Assembly (NCBI GenBank): GCA_021792235.1
Contig: JAJYVC010000003.1
Coordinates: 960 to 39,058 of the forward strand
Source of the DNA: Candidatus Micrarchaeota archaeon
GTDB taxonomy: Archaea > Micrarchaeota > Micrarchaeia > Micrarchaeales > CABMGC01
Direction of reading: 5' to 3'
DNA: 38,099 bases
The notes below the pieces were generated by a model. The model was given only the letters and a program-made list of their open reading frames with translations, had not been told where the DNA came from and searched no databases. A program made the translations under genes and the position numbers. Every line of letters begins with the position of its first letter. Within the stretch, counting starts at the first letter, position 1. Below are positions 1 through 8,209 of this stretch, in pieces.

Positions 1-612
1 TACAGAAAGAGGAGTACGCCTAACTCCAGTCTTTCCATTTACTATTACATAATTAGTTGCTCCAGACAACATAAATGAAGATAGCTTAAGGTTTTCAAGC
101 TCCCCAGCACGCATACCAGCGTCCCAAAGTAATGCCAATATTGTCTTATCTCTTTGATTTGTTGTTGCATTTAGCAGTATCCCAACGTCTTCTTCAGTCA
201 ATAGCTCTTCTGGGAGTTTATTTGAGCCTTTTGAGCTAGTCTTAATCCAACTGACATGTTTGTCAGAGCCTGTCAGCCATATTATGAAACTCTTGAAAGT
301 ACGTTTTGTTCGAGATTTGCTATAATCTGCGACATCTTTACCCGTGTTTGACACTTTTAGTTTGTTTATCTGCCTTACTACCTCCTCTACCTGTTCTTTG
401 TTTATTTTCTTAAGGTCTTTGCATATTCCAAGCTTACATATAGTGCGCAATTCCATGAGCCTTCGCTCTTGGGTGCGTTCTTTTCTATCAGTCAATTCGA
501 GGTTATCTCTGAAGCCTAACAGATAGCTCCTATTAGGTGCATCAACCTCCCTATTGATACGATCTGTTTCGTATTGTAGCTTCTTTGCACCGTCTGTTAG
601 GTATCTTGGCAT
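1..612 (-). CDS. Tyrosine recombinase/integrase, 5' part (runs off the window start)
   Basis: Manual translation from ATG at 612: MPRYLTDG...LPEELLTEEDV..LL.ATTNQRDKTILALLWDAGMRAGELENLK...VNGKTGVRR. This contains the box I Arg (GMRAGEL) and the catalytic Lys (GKTG). The frame is open to base 1. Absent from the ORF track because it has no stop in the window. Confidence 0.9.
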   Translation of the reverse strand, partial: MPRYLTDGAKKLQYETDRINREVDAPNRSYLLGFRDNLELTDRKERTQERRLMELRTICKLGICKDLKKINKEQVEEVVRQINKLKVSNTGKDVADYSKSRTKRTFKSFIIWLTGSDKHVSWIKTSSKGSNKLPEELLTEEDVGILLNATTNQRDKTILALLWDAGMRAGELENLKLSSFMLSGATNYVIVNGKTGVRRTPLSV

Positions 613-677
613 AGTTCTTTTTGTCGCTTCACCCACTATATAAGCAGGGTGAGTAGGGCGATGGAAAGAAGAAGTAA
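1..677. mobile_element. Edge of an integrative element or provirus inserted at tRNA-Asp
   Basis: The integrase starts about 65 bp downstream of the tRNA-Asp 3' end in the same orientation. The segment looks more AT-rich than the core genes. The second att copy is not in the window. Confidence 0.65.
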
Positions 678-749
678 CGCCCTGGCCGGGATTCGGACCC
701 GGGTCGGAAACGTGACAGGCTTCCATCCTAACCACTAGACGACCAGAGC
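678..749 (-). tRNA. tRNA-Asp(GTC)
   Basis: Cloverleaf: acceptor GCTCTGG/CCAGGGC, anticodon loop CTGTCAC, T arm CCGGG-TCCGAAT-CCCGG. CCA is not encoded. Confidence 0.93.
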
Positions 750-813
750 ATCAGTTATAATACTACAAAAAGGTTTTATAAGCCATAATGCTCAGATTTC
801 TGGGTCCGGTTGG

Positions 814-1422
814 CTATTCATCTTCCTTTCCGGAAGTCTTGACAAGCTCTTTTATGTTTCTATTCACCCTTCTCAGCAATATAAGCAACCCGGGATAGCC
901 GGCAATTACTACTCCCCCTACAATACCTCCTATAACCTCAACGTCAGTTTCAATCTGGCTCTTTATGCTGGGTATCTGCTTGACGATATTCTCCGCTTTT
1001 GGTAGTTCTGCCTCTGTCTTCTGCAAGCTCTTCCTTATTGCAGCGAGGTCTTTCTCAGCCTGGTCTATGTTTGAATTGTTCAGATCCACTTCCACCTGTT
1101 TTATGGCGCCTTCCACCGAAGCTATGCTACTCTCCACCAGTGCTATCTGTGTAGGGTTGAGTGCAGATTCCAGCTTTTTGAGGTTATTCTGTATGCTGTC
1201 TAGCCCCTGCTGCGCCTGTTCTACTATTATTGCTACGCTTTGCGTGCCCGAGGCACTTGACTGAGCCGCAGTCGTAGTGCTGCTTGACGATGATGCCAAT
1301 GTCGCATCGCCTACAGTCTGCGATATATTTGCAATGTTCACTGCAACTGGCCTACCTGCACTCTTCAAGGCTTCAAAATGCGAAATATCCCCAGAAACCC
1401 CAAGGATTACTCCAGCACTCAA
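814..1422 (-). CDS. Predicted surface/membrane protein with Ser/Thr-rich linker, coiled coil and C-terminal TM helix; true N-terminus possibly frameshifted (ATG 1475)
   Basis: Hydrophobic N-terminus, SSSSSTTTAAQSS linker, heptad-like region, then VIGGIVGGVVIAGYPGLLILL followed by RRVNR. Confidence 0.6.
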   Translation of the reverse strand: MSAGVILGVSGDISHFEALKSAGRPVAVNIANISQTVGDATLASSSSSTTTAAQSSASGTQSVAIIVEQAQQGLDSIQNNLKKLESALNPTQIALVESSIASVEGAIKQVEVDLNNSNIDQAEKDLAAIRKSLQKTEAELPKAENIVKQIPSIKSQIETDVEVIGGIVGGVVIAGYPGLLILLRRVNRNIKELVKTSGKEDE

Positions 1423-1608
1423 TGCTGCTGCAGCCAGCGTTTTGCTATTCTGTGCTTATCTTTTGTATGTAACATTTCAATTATGCCCTTCACCAAACAC
1501 TATACGTTCTGGTTAATATATATTATATTTATGCATTGCGGTGCCGGCGGCAACCTGCTACCAGAAAACTTTATCTATCTTTTCAGTGAAGAAAGAATCA
1601 GATGCGGA

Positions 1609-3837
1609 GTGAGAGAACAAGAGAGCACGTATAAACTATTATGCACAGACCTTGATGGGACAATGTTCCCTCTTTATGGTAAACCAGACCAGCAGTGCCT
1701 TAACAGGCTCAAGAAGCTACTAAATAAAAATCCAAATTCCCTGTTATGTTACGTTACTGGAAGAAATCTGCAGAAGTCCCTGCATGCAATAAAAGATTAT
1801 GACCTGCCACAGCCACATTATCTCATAACTGATGTTGGCACAAGAATATATTTTCGCAATGCGCGCGGAAAATGGAAGCAGGACAAGGGATGGGAATGGT
1901 TTCTGAGAACCTCATGGCCAAGGGGCACATCGCGCGGCGTAGCCAACTCTATAAGGCAGATAAAAGGCATAAGGGTCCAGTCAAAAAGCAGCCAATCCTC
2001 ATTCAAGAGCAGCTTCTATCTGTCCAATACTAGGACGAGCCGCCTGCTCAAGGAGATGCACTCAAAGCTAAAGGACCTTGGCGTGCCGTACACAGTCATA
2101 ATAAGCAAGGGCAGGCAGAAATATCTGTTGCTTGACATTCTTGCAAAAGGGGCGTCCAAGAAAAATGCAGTCAATGAGCTTAGAAGTAGACTCGGCGTGG
2201 CCGTGCACGATACTGCATTTGCAGGAGACAGCGGCAATGACTTCGATCTGCTCACTACAGATCTAAAGACAATCGTTGTGAATAATGCATCAAGGGACCT
2301 GAAGCGCAGGATACTAATAAAAGCTGGCAAAAGAGCCACAGTGCCAACACTTTATTTCTCAAAGGGCAGGTACAACTGCCATCATGGAAATGACATATGT
2401 GGGGTGCTTGAAGGAATGCTTCATTTTGGAATGTTTTCCAGGGCTAGAAACGCTGGTCTGTATGTTCAAATACACTCAATTCACGGCCTTATAAACAGAA
2501 ATTATACTGACTTGGGGAGGGACGAGGACACTGGTGGTCAGGTCGTATATGTGGTGGAACTCGCAAAGTCACTATCAAAGCTCCCAGAGATAGGGCAAGT
2601 AGATCTTGTCACCCGCAGGATAGTGGACAGGATGTACCCTAGCTATAGCAAGAAGCTTGAGTATGTCAACAGCAAGTTCAAGATAGTCCGCATAGATTGC
2701 GGCGGAGGCCGGTACATAAAGAAGACTAAGCTATGGCCGTACATAAAGGAATACGCTGACAATGTAATAAAGTACACCAATGAATTAGGTAGGATGCCAG
2801 ACATAATACATACAAATTATGCCGATGCCGGGCTCGCCGGAGCGGTTATAGCCAAAAAATTTGGGTCAATACTAACATTCACTGGTCATTCATTAGGCGT
2901 ACCAAAGATGCAGAAGCTAGGAGTCAACAAGGCCAATTACATGGGTTTCGACAAGAGATTCAATTTCACTAAGAGGTTAAAGGCAGAGCAGACTGCCATA
3001 GACAGTTCAGATGCAATAATCGTAAGCACCAAGGAAGAGATAGAAAACCAATATTCAGGATACAACTTGGACAAGAGCAAGGTACACGTGATACCTCCAG
3101 GCATAGACCTGCGCATGTTCAATCCCTCCAACGAATACAGGTCAAGGCAGCCTGAGATATTGAGGGCTGCTACAAAGAGCCTATCAGACCCGGAAAAGCA
3201 GATGATACTTGCGGTCTCAAGACTAGAGAAGCGCAAAAACCTGGAACGTCTGGTAAACGCCTTCTGCAGCAGCAAAAAACTCAAGGATCGCGCTAATCTC
3301 ATAATGGTCACCGGGGTAAAGAGCAAGACAAGCAACGAGCAGCAGGAGATACTCAACCGGATGAAAAATACTGTGCAAAAATCAGGATGCCAAGGCAACG
3401 TATCATTCGTCAAGTTCATCGACTCAGATGGCGGTCTTCCGGCGTTATACCACCTTGCTAGGAAAAGCGGCGGCGTATTCATAAACCCTGCCCTGATAGA
3501 GCCCTTCGGTCTCACGGTGCTGGAAGCAAGTGCCTGCGGCCTGCCCGTAGTTGCAACAAAGTATGGTGGCCCGGCAGAGATAATAACAGACAATTTCAAC
3601 GGCATGCTGGTCGATCCGTACAGCACAAAGGATATTGGGGCTACTCTTGCCAAGATTCTTACCGATAGGATACTTTGGAGAAAGATATCAAGGAACTCTG
3701 TGACAAATGCGATGCGCTTCAGCTGGGATGAGGCTGCCAGAAAGGAGGCAATACTCTTCAATGAACTCAAGGAAAAGAAGCTGGAGGACAAGCTTTCAGA
3801 ATACTTCAAGAGCAGGAACCGACACTCCGGCCTATAA
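1609..3837 (+). CDS. Fusion of a sucrose-phosphate phosphatase-like HAD-IIB domain (N-terminal) and a sucrose-phosphate synthase-like GT4 glycosyltransferase (C-terminal)
   Basis: HAD motifs: TDLDGT, VTGR, ITDVGT, SKKNA, AGDSGND. SPS motifs: SIHGLI, LGRDEDTGGQVVYVVELA, YADAG, TGHSLG, VIPPG, RKNL, GVFINPALIEPFGLTVLEA, ATKYGGP. Start is probably GTG 1609, with a BRE/TATA-like gaaaactttat about 35-45 bp upstream, rather than 1378. Confidence 0.88.
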   Translation: MREQESTYKLLCTDLDGTMFPLYGKPDQQCLNRLKKLLNKNPNSLLCYVTGRNLQKSLHAIKDYDLPQPHYLITDVGTRIYFRNARGKWKQDKGWEWFLRTSWPRGTSRGVANSIRQIKGIRVQSKSSQSSFKSSFYLSNTRTSRLLKEMHSKLKDLGVPYTVIISKGRQKYLLLDILAKGASKKNAVNELRSRLGVAVHDTAFAGDSGNDFDLLTTDLKTIVVNNASRDLKRRILIKAGKRATVPTLYFSKGRYNCHHGNDICGVLEGMLHFGMFSRARNAGLYVQIHSIHGLINRNYTDLGRDEDTGGQVVYVVELAKSLSKLPEIGQVDLVTRRIVDRMYPSYSKKLEYVNSKFKIVRIDCGGGRYIKKTKLWPYIKEYADNVIKYTNELGRMPDIIHTNYADAGLAGAVIAKKFGSILTFTGHSLGVPKMQKLGVNKANYMGFDKRFNFTKRLKAEQTAIDSSDAIIVSTKEEIENQYSGYNLDKSKVHVIPPGIDLRMFNPSNEYRSRQPEILRAATKSLSDPEKQMILAVSRLEKRKNLERLVNAFCSSKKLKDRANLIMVTGVKSKTSNEQQEILNRMKNTVQKSGCQGNVSFVKFIDSDGGLPALYHLARKSGGVFINPALIEPFGLTVLEASACGLPVVATKYGGPAEIITDNFNGMLVDPYSTKDIGATLAKILTDRILWRKISRNSVTNAMRFSWDEAARKEAILFNELKEKKLEDKLSEYFKSRNRHSGL

Positions 3838-3864
3838 TCTCTCTTTCATAAACAGGAAAACCAT

Positions 3865-3970
3865 TCCCGTTGGTGCGAGTCGAACGCACAGCCTGTCGGT
3901 ATCTACTCCCGAGCGATGCACGGAAAGTTACGAACTACAGCCGACCGCTCTGCCATTGAGCTACAACGGG
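3865..3970 (-). tRNA. tRNA-Tyr(GTA) with a 34-nt intron at 37/38 (intron 3901..3934)
   Basis: Acceptor CCCGTTG/CAACGGG with C1-G72 and A73. Anticodon arm GTCGG-CTGTAG^intron^A-CCGAC. T arm GTGCG-TTCGACT-CGCAC. CTGT pairs with the intron GTAG to give a BHB-like junction. Confidence 0.92.
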
Positions 3971-4045
3971 ATATGATGATTATTGAGGATGCTAACATTA
4001 ATAATAATACTAACTTATATATTTAGGTTAATTGGGATACCGTAT

Positions 4046-6799
4046 ATGCCAGATACGCCCTTGCAAAAAAAACAGCCCTCCGCAAAGAAATTGGACATCT
4101 CGTTTGGAAAGAAGCCGGAGCAGCCGCGCCATAGGTATAGACACAGCATAGTACCAATGTCCTTTTACTGGCTCAAGGACTACGCTAAAGAATTCATAAG
4201 CCATAAAAATTTCCCCGATGCGCTAGCGGTCGTATTTGCTACATTCAGCATATCTATAGCCTTTCCTTTATTTCCTCCGATAGTGCTCATACCACTGCTT
4301 ATCCTGTTCTTTGCAGCAACCATAATCTCGCCGCTAGGCGGCTTGATGCTGATGCTCTTCGGCACGCTGCTCATGTTCATATACCAGGCACCACTGCTTG
4401 CGTGGATACTTACTATATTCATAAGTGTGTCCCTGTTCCTAGGGCACAAACATTACCGCACTATAACGTTCATATACGCACTCATAATGCTGCCCATGTC
4501 CTACCTTGGCTTTGTATTTGAGATTCCAGCTTTCGTAATCGGTAGCCTGTTCATAGGTTACAGGAGATCTATGGTATCTGCAATAATAATACTACTAATG
4601 GTTGCAATGCTTTCAGGAATGACTGGCATACAGAACAGCGCTCCGATTGTCTACAACGCCATGCGGGGTAGTACCGATCCATTCATGGTGCCTTCAAAGC
4701 CTGCGGTGAATCTGTCCGATCTGCCTTCTGCATTCGCGGGCGCCATAGGAAACTTCTTCAGCCTGCAAGTCGCATCCCATATCTTTTCAGGATTCGGCGC
4801 AGCAATGCTTTCTCTGGTTCACGAGTTCCAATTAACCCTAATACAGATAGCAGTGTGGCTTCTTGTCATATTCGCAATGACCAGCTTTGTTATACGCAGC
4901 AGGTCGGCATTGAAGGGCACTGTGGCAAGCACATTCTCATTTGCGATTCTCGCAGCATATATAATACTTTCTTATGTCAATGGCGGCTCACCCAACACCG
5001 TGGATATGCTTAGCTTCGCGCTAACTGTGTTGGTAGTTCTATTCCTCGAACTGAATAATGTGGAGGTGGTAAAGGCACTGTCTGTGATGAAACAGGATTT
5101 CCTGGGCAGGTTCGGCGACGCCTTTCAGGATCTGACGAACGGCAGCAGGGAGACTATGGCAGACGTAATCAACTACGATGAAACCAAGAAGGAGCTCAGG
5201 GAAGCCATACTTGCTCCTATAGAACATAGGGAGATTGCCGGAGCCTATAAAGTGAAGCCTGCAAAGGGCCTGCTCCTGTTTGGGCCTCCGGGCACTGGAA
5301 AGACGCTCATTATGAGATCTCTCGCAAACGAGGTCCGTGCAAAGTTCTTCTACGTCAAGACGTCATCGCTCCTCTCGCCGTATGAAGGTCAGAGCGCCAA
5401 GGACCTGTCCAAGATATTTGATATGGTCAGGAAGAGTACTCCAGCCATACTCTTCTTCGATGAGGTGGACGGAATAGCTGCCAAGAGAGAAGGCACTGAT
5501 AGCGATGCGAGCCGGCAGCTGATATCCACACTGCTTGCCGAGATGGATGGATTCCAGAAGATAGAGAAGGTGGTGATAGTGGGATCCACAAACGTGCCGC
5601 AGCTAATAGATCCAGGCCTCTTAAGGCCAGGCAGGTTCGATAAGATAATATACATGCCGCTGCCAGACAAGGCCGGCAGGGCGAAGATGTTCCAGTATTA
5701 CCTGAGCAAGTTGCCTATAGGCAAAAATATCAATTACCAGAAGCTTGCAGACATCACCAACAGGTACAGCGGAGCAGACGTAAAGAACGCCTGCGACGAG
5801 GTGGCCAGGCAGGTCGCCGACGAGGCTGTAAGGGAGAGAAAGGTGCTGGAGATAGACATGCCAGATATAGTTAATGTGATAAAGTCCATCAAGCCGTCCA
5901 CTTCCCTCTCGACCCTTGATAAGTACAACCAGTTCAAGATAGACTTCGAAAGGAGATCCCATCCTGAAGTCGACAACAAGGAATCAGAGATAAGCCTGGG
6001 TGATGTTGTAGGCTTGGAGGAGGCAAAGAAGGCCCTTTATGAGGCAATAGAGATACCGATACTGCACCCCAGTCTAGTGAAGAAGTATGATGTGGGCAAT
6101 ATAAAGGGAATACTCATGTTCGGTCCTCCAGGCACCGGAAAGACCATGCTAATACGTGCCGTCGCAGCTGAGCTTGAGGATGTCAAGTTGATAGTAGTGT
6201 CAGGATCAGAGATAGCAAAGAACGGCTTGGAGAACGCTCTTGTGGAGATAAAGGATGTATTCAACAGGGCGAGGGAGAATGCACCCTCCATCATATTCAT
6301 AGACGAGATGGATGCGCTGCTTCCCAACAGGGAGAATTCAAGCGAGTTTGCAGTGCACATGACGAGCGAGTTCCTCCAGCAGCTTGACGGCATACGGAGC
6401 TCTAATGGCATAGTGCTAGTTGGCGCTACCAACAGGCCCGACCATCTTGATCCGGCCGTGCTGAGACCTGGAAGGATTGACAAGTTCATATTCGTGCCTC
6501 CCCCCAACTCCAAGGCCAGAGCGCAGATTTTCGAGAACTACCTTAAAAAGGCACCAATATTCCCTGACATGGACTTCGAAAAGCTCGCCGCCAAGACTGA
6601 TGGCTTCACCGGAGCCGATATAGCCAACATATGCAGGCAGGCCAAGCTCAACGCGCTTGAAGAGAACGTTTCAACATCAAGCGAGAAGAAGATAAGCGTT
6701 GCTGATGTACTTAAGATAATAAGCTATACGAAGCCCTCTGCTCCGGCGAGCATACTGGGTGTGTACATGAACTTCATATCGATCTATGGTGGAAGATAG
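4046..6799 (+). CDS. Membrane-bound double-AAA ATPase: multi-TM N-terminal domain plus two CDC48/VAT-like AAA domains
   Basis: About 10 hydrophobic segments, then two GPPGTGKT Walker A motifs, Walker B FFDEVD and FIDEMD, and two SRH motifs (STN..LLRPGRFD; ATN..LRPGRID). ATG 4046 is preferred over TTG 3983. Confidence 0.88.
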   Translation: MPDTPLQKKQPSAKKLDISFGKKPEQPRHRYRHSIVPMSFYWLKDYAKEFISHKNFPDALAVVFATFSISIAFPLFPPIVLIPLLILFFAATIISPLGGLMLMLFGTLLMFIYQAPLLAWILTIFISVSLFLGHKHYRTITFIYALIMLPMSYLGFVFEIPAFVIGSLFIGYRRSMVSAIIILLMVAMLSGMTGIQNSAPIVYNAMRGSTDPFMVPSKPAVNLSDLPSAFAGAIGNFFSLQVASHIFSGFGAAMLSLVHEFQLTLIQIAVWLLVIFAMTSFVIRSRSALKGTVASTFSFAILAAYIILSYVNGGSPNTVDMLSFALTVLVVLFLELNNVEVVKALSVMKQDFLGRFGDAFQDLTNGSRETMADVINYDETKKELREAILAPIEHREIAGAYKVKPAKGLLLFGPPGTGKTLIMRSLANEVRAKFFYVKTSSLLSPYEGQSAKDLSKIFDMVRKSTPAILFFDEVDGIAAKREGTDSDASRQLISTLLAEMDGFQKIEKVVIVGSTNVPQLIDPGLLRPGRFDKIIYMPLPDKAGRAKMFQYYLSKLPIGKNINYQKLADITNRYSGADVKNACDEVARQVADEAVRERKVLEIDMPDIVNVIKSIKPSTSLSTLDKYNQFKIDFERRSHPEVDNKESEISLGDVVGLEEAKKALYEAIEIPILHPSLVKKYDVGNIKGILMFGPPGTGKTMLIRAVAAELEDVKLIVVSGSEIAKNGLENALVEIKDVFNRARENAPSIIFIDEMDALLPNRENSSEFAVHMTSEFLQQLDGIRSSNGIVLVGATNRPDHLDPAVLRPGRIDKFIFVPPPNSKARAQIFENYLKKAPIFPDMDFEKLAAKTDGFTGADIANICRQAKLNALEENVSTSSEKKISVADVLKIISYTKPSAPASILGVYMNFISIYGGR

Positions 6800-8209
6800 A
6801 TGCTGCCAATACTCTTGTTAATAGTGCTTGTGCCGTTCGCATTCCTGCTGCCTCTAGTACTTGCGGATAGGGACTATTCATACACATTGTCTATAATAGC
6901 ATCCACTATAGTGCTCCTGCTTACAGCATATGCATTATATCTGTCTTATACTGCCGGATCATCCGTGCTTTCAACCAGCAACTTCTATGTGCCAGTGCTG
7001 AACCTCAATTTTTCCCTAAGGGTGAATCAGCTATCAATGATGCTCCTTGTCATGACTGCGGTGGTGTTCTTTGCGTCATCCATAGTGGGCAAGTACTTCA
7101 TAGGAAAGAGGGATAGGACATACAACATAATCTTCCTGCTTGCTGAAGGGTCATCATTGGGTGTGTTCATAGCCGCGAACCTCTTCTTCTTCTACGTATT
7201 CTGGGAGGTAGCCGAAGTGATGATGTTCTTCATAATATTCCTTTACGGCGGGTACAACAGGCGGTACGCAAGCATAAAGTTCATAATATACTCGATATTC
7301 TCCAGCTTGCTCATGCTTATCGGAATCCTAATGCTCTACAATTCAGTCACTCCGCATACATTCAACATTGGCGGTCTTATTGCATCGTCCGGACAGATCC
7401 CTGCAGGCACGCAGGCTGTCATCCTCTTGCTGTTCGTGATAGCATTTCTGATAAAGATGCCGGTATTCCCACTGCATAGCTGGCTTCCCGACGCACACAC
7501 TGAAGCACCTACCACAGGCAGCATGATCCTCGCAGGAGTTCTGCTCAAGTTCGGAGGATACGGGTTGTATCTCTCATTCCTGATCCTGCCTGTCGCAGCT
7601 CATTATGCCCTGTATCTGATGCTCCTGTTCATATTCTCGACCATCTATTCTGCGTACGTCTGCTTAAGTCAGACCAACCTGAAAAGGCTGATAGCTTATA
7701 CGAGCATAACTGACATGGGGCTTGTAGGTGTGGGGCTTGCTGCAATGAATGCATTTGGCTACAGCGGGTCATTCTATGCCATGTTCAACCATGGTGTGGT
7801 GATAGCCATGTTGTTCCTTGTGGCAGGTACACTTGACCATGTATATGGCACGCTCGAGATAGAGAAGATAAAGGGGGTGGTGAAGAATTTCGCAGGCATG
7901 TCCTACCTGTTCATACTTGGGGTCTTCGCAGCCCTGGGCATACCTCTGACTGCAGGATTCATAGCCGATTTGTTCATATTCATAGGCGCAGTGGGTACAT
8001 TCGGCGTGCTTGGGATAGTGCCTCTCTTCGGAGTTCTCGTGATGGGCGCAGCACTCTTTTGGCTCATAGAGCGGGTGTTCATGAGCGCGTCTAAGGCAGT
8101 AGAGCCATACAACCCGCTTGGCAGCGAGGTGATGATCGCCTCACTGCTTCTGTTCGGCGCAGCGGTGCTGTTCGGGGTACTGCCCGTACTGTTTTTGGGC
8201 ATACACTAG
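6800..8209 (+). CDS. NuoM/MrpD-like proton-translocating antiporter subunit, stand-alone here
   Basis: Motifs FYVFWE, YASIKF, IKMPVFPLHSWLPDAHTEAPT.GS..LAGVLLKFGGYG, LKRLIAY, NHG. Starts immediately after the ATPase stop (TAGATG). Confidence 0.85.
   Translation: MLPILLLIVLVPFAFLLPLVLADRDYSYTLSIIASTIVLLLTAYALYLSYTAGSSVLSTSNFYVPVLNLNFSLRVNQLSMMLLVMTAVVFFASSIVGKYFIGKRDRTYNIIFLLAEGSSLGVFIAANLFFFYVFWEVAEVMMFFIIFLYGGYNRRYASIKFIIYSIFSSLLMLIGILMLYNSVTPHTFNIGGLIASSGQIPAGTQAVILLLFVIAFLIKMPVFPLHSWLPDAHTEAPTTGSMILAGVLLKFGGYGLYLSFLILPVAAHYALYLMLLFIFSTIYSAYVCLSQTNLKRLIAYTSITDMGLVGVGLAAMNAFGYSGSFYAMFNHGVVIAMLFLVAGTLDHVYGTLEIEKIKGVVKNFAGMSYLFILGVFAALGIPLTAGFIADLFIFIGAVGTFGVLGIVPLFGVLVMGAALFWLIERVFMSASKAVEPYNPLGSEVMIASLLLFGAAVLFGVLPVLFLGIH

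Noticed and set aside
1378-1608. 77-codon N-terminal extension of the SPP-SPS ORF in the ORF track
   Set aside because: It overlaps the opposite-strand gene and crosses an AT-rich divergent promoter. The HAD motif begins just after GTG 1609.
2937-3809. Long antisense ORFs (also 12756..13745, 13111..13863, 25543..26349, 32984..33706 and others)
   Set aside because: They are shadows of well-supported genes on the opposite strand, Ser/Leu/Phe-rich and without motifs.
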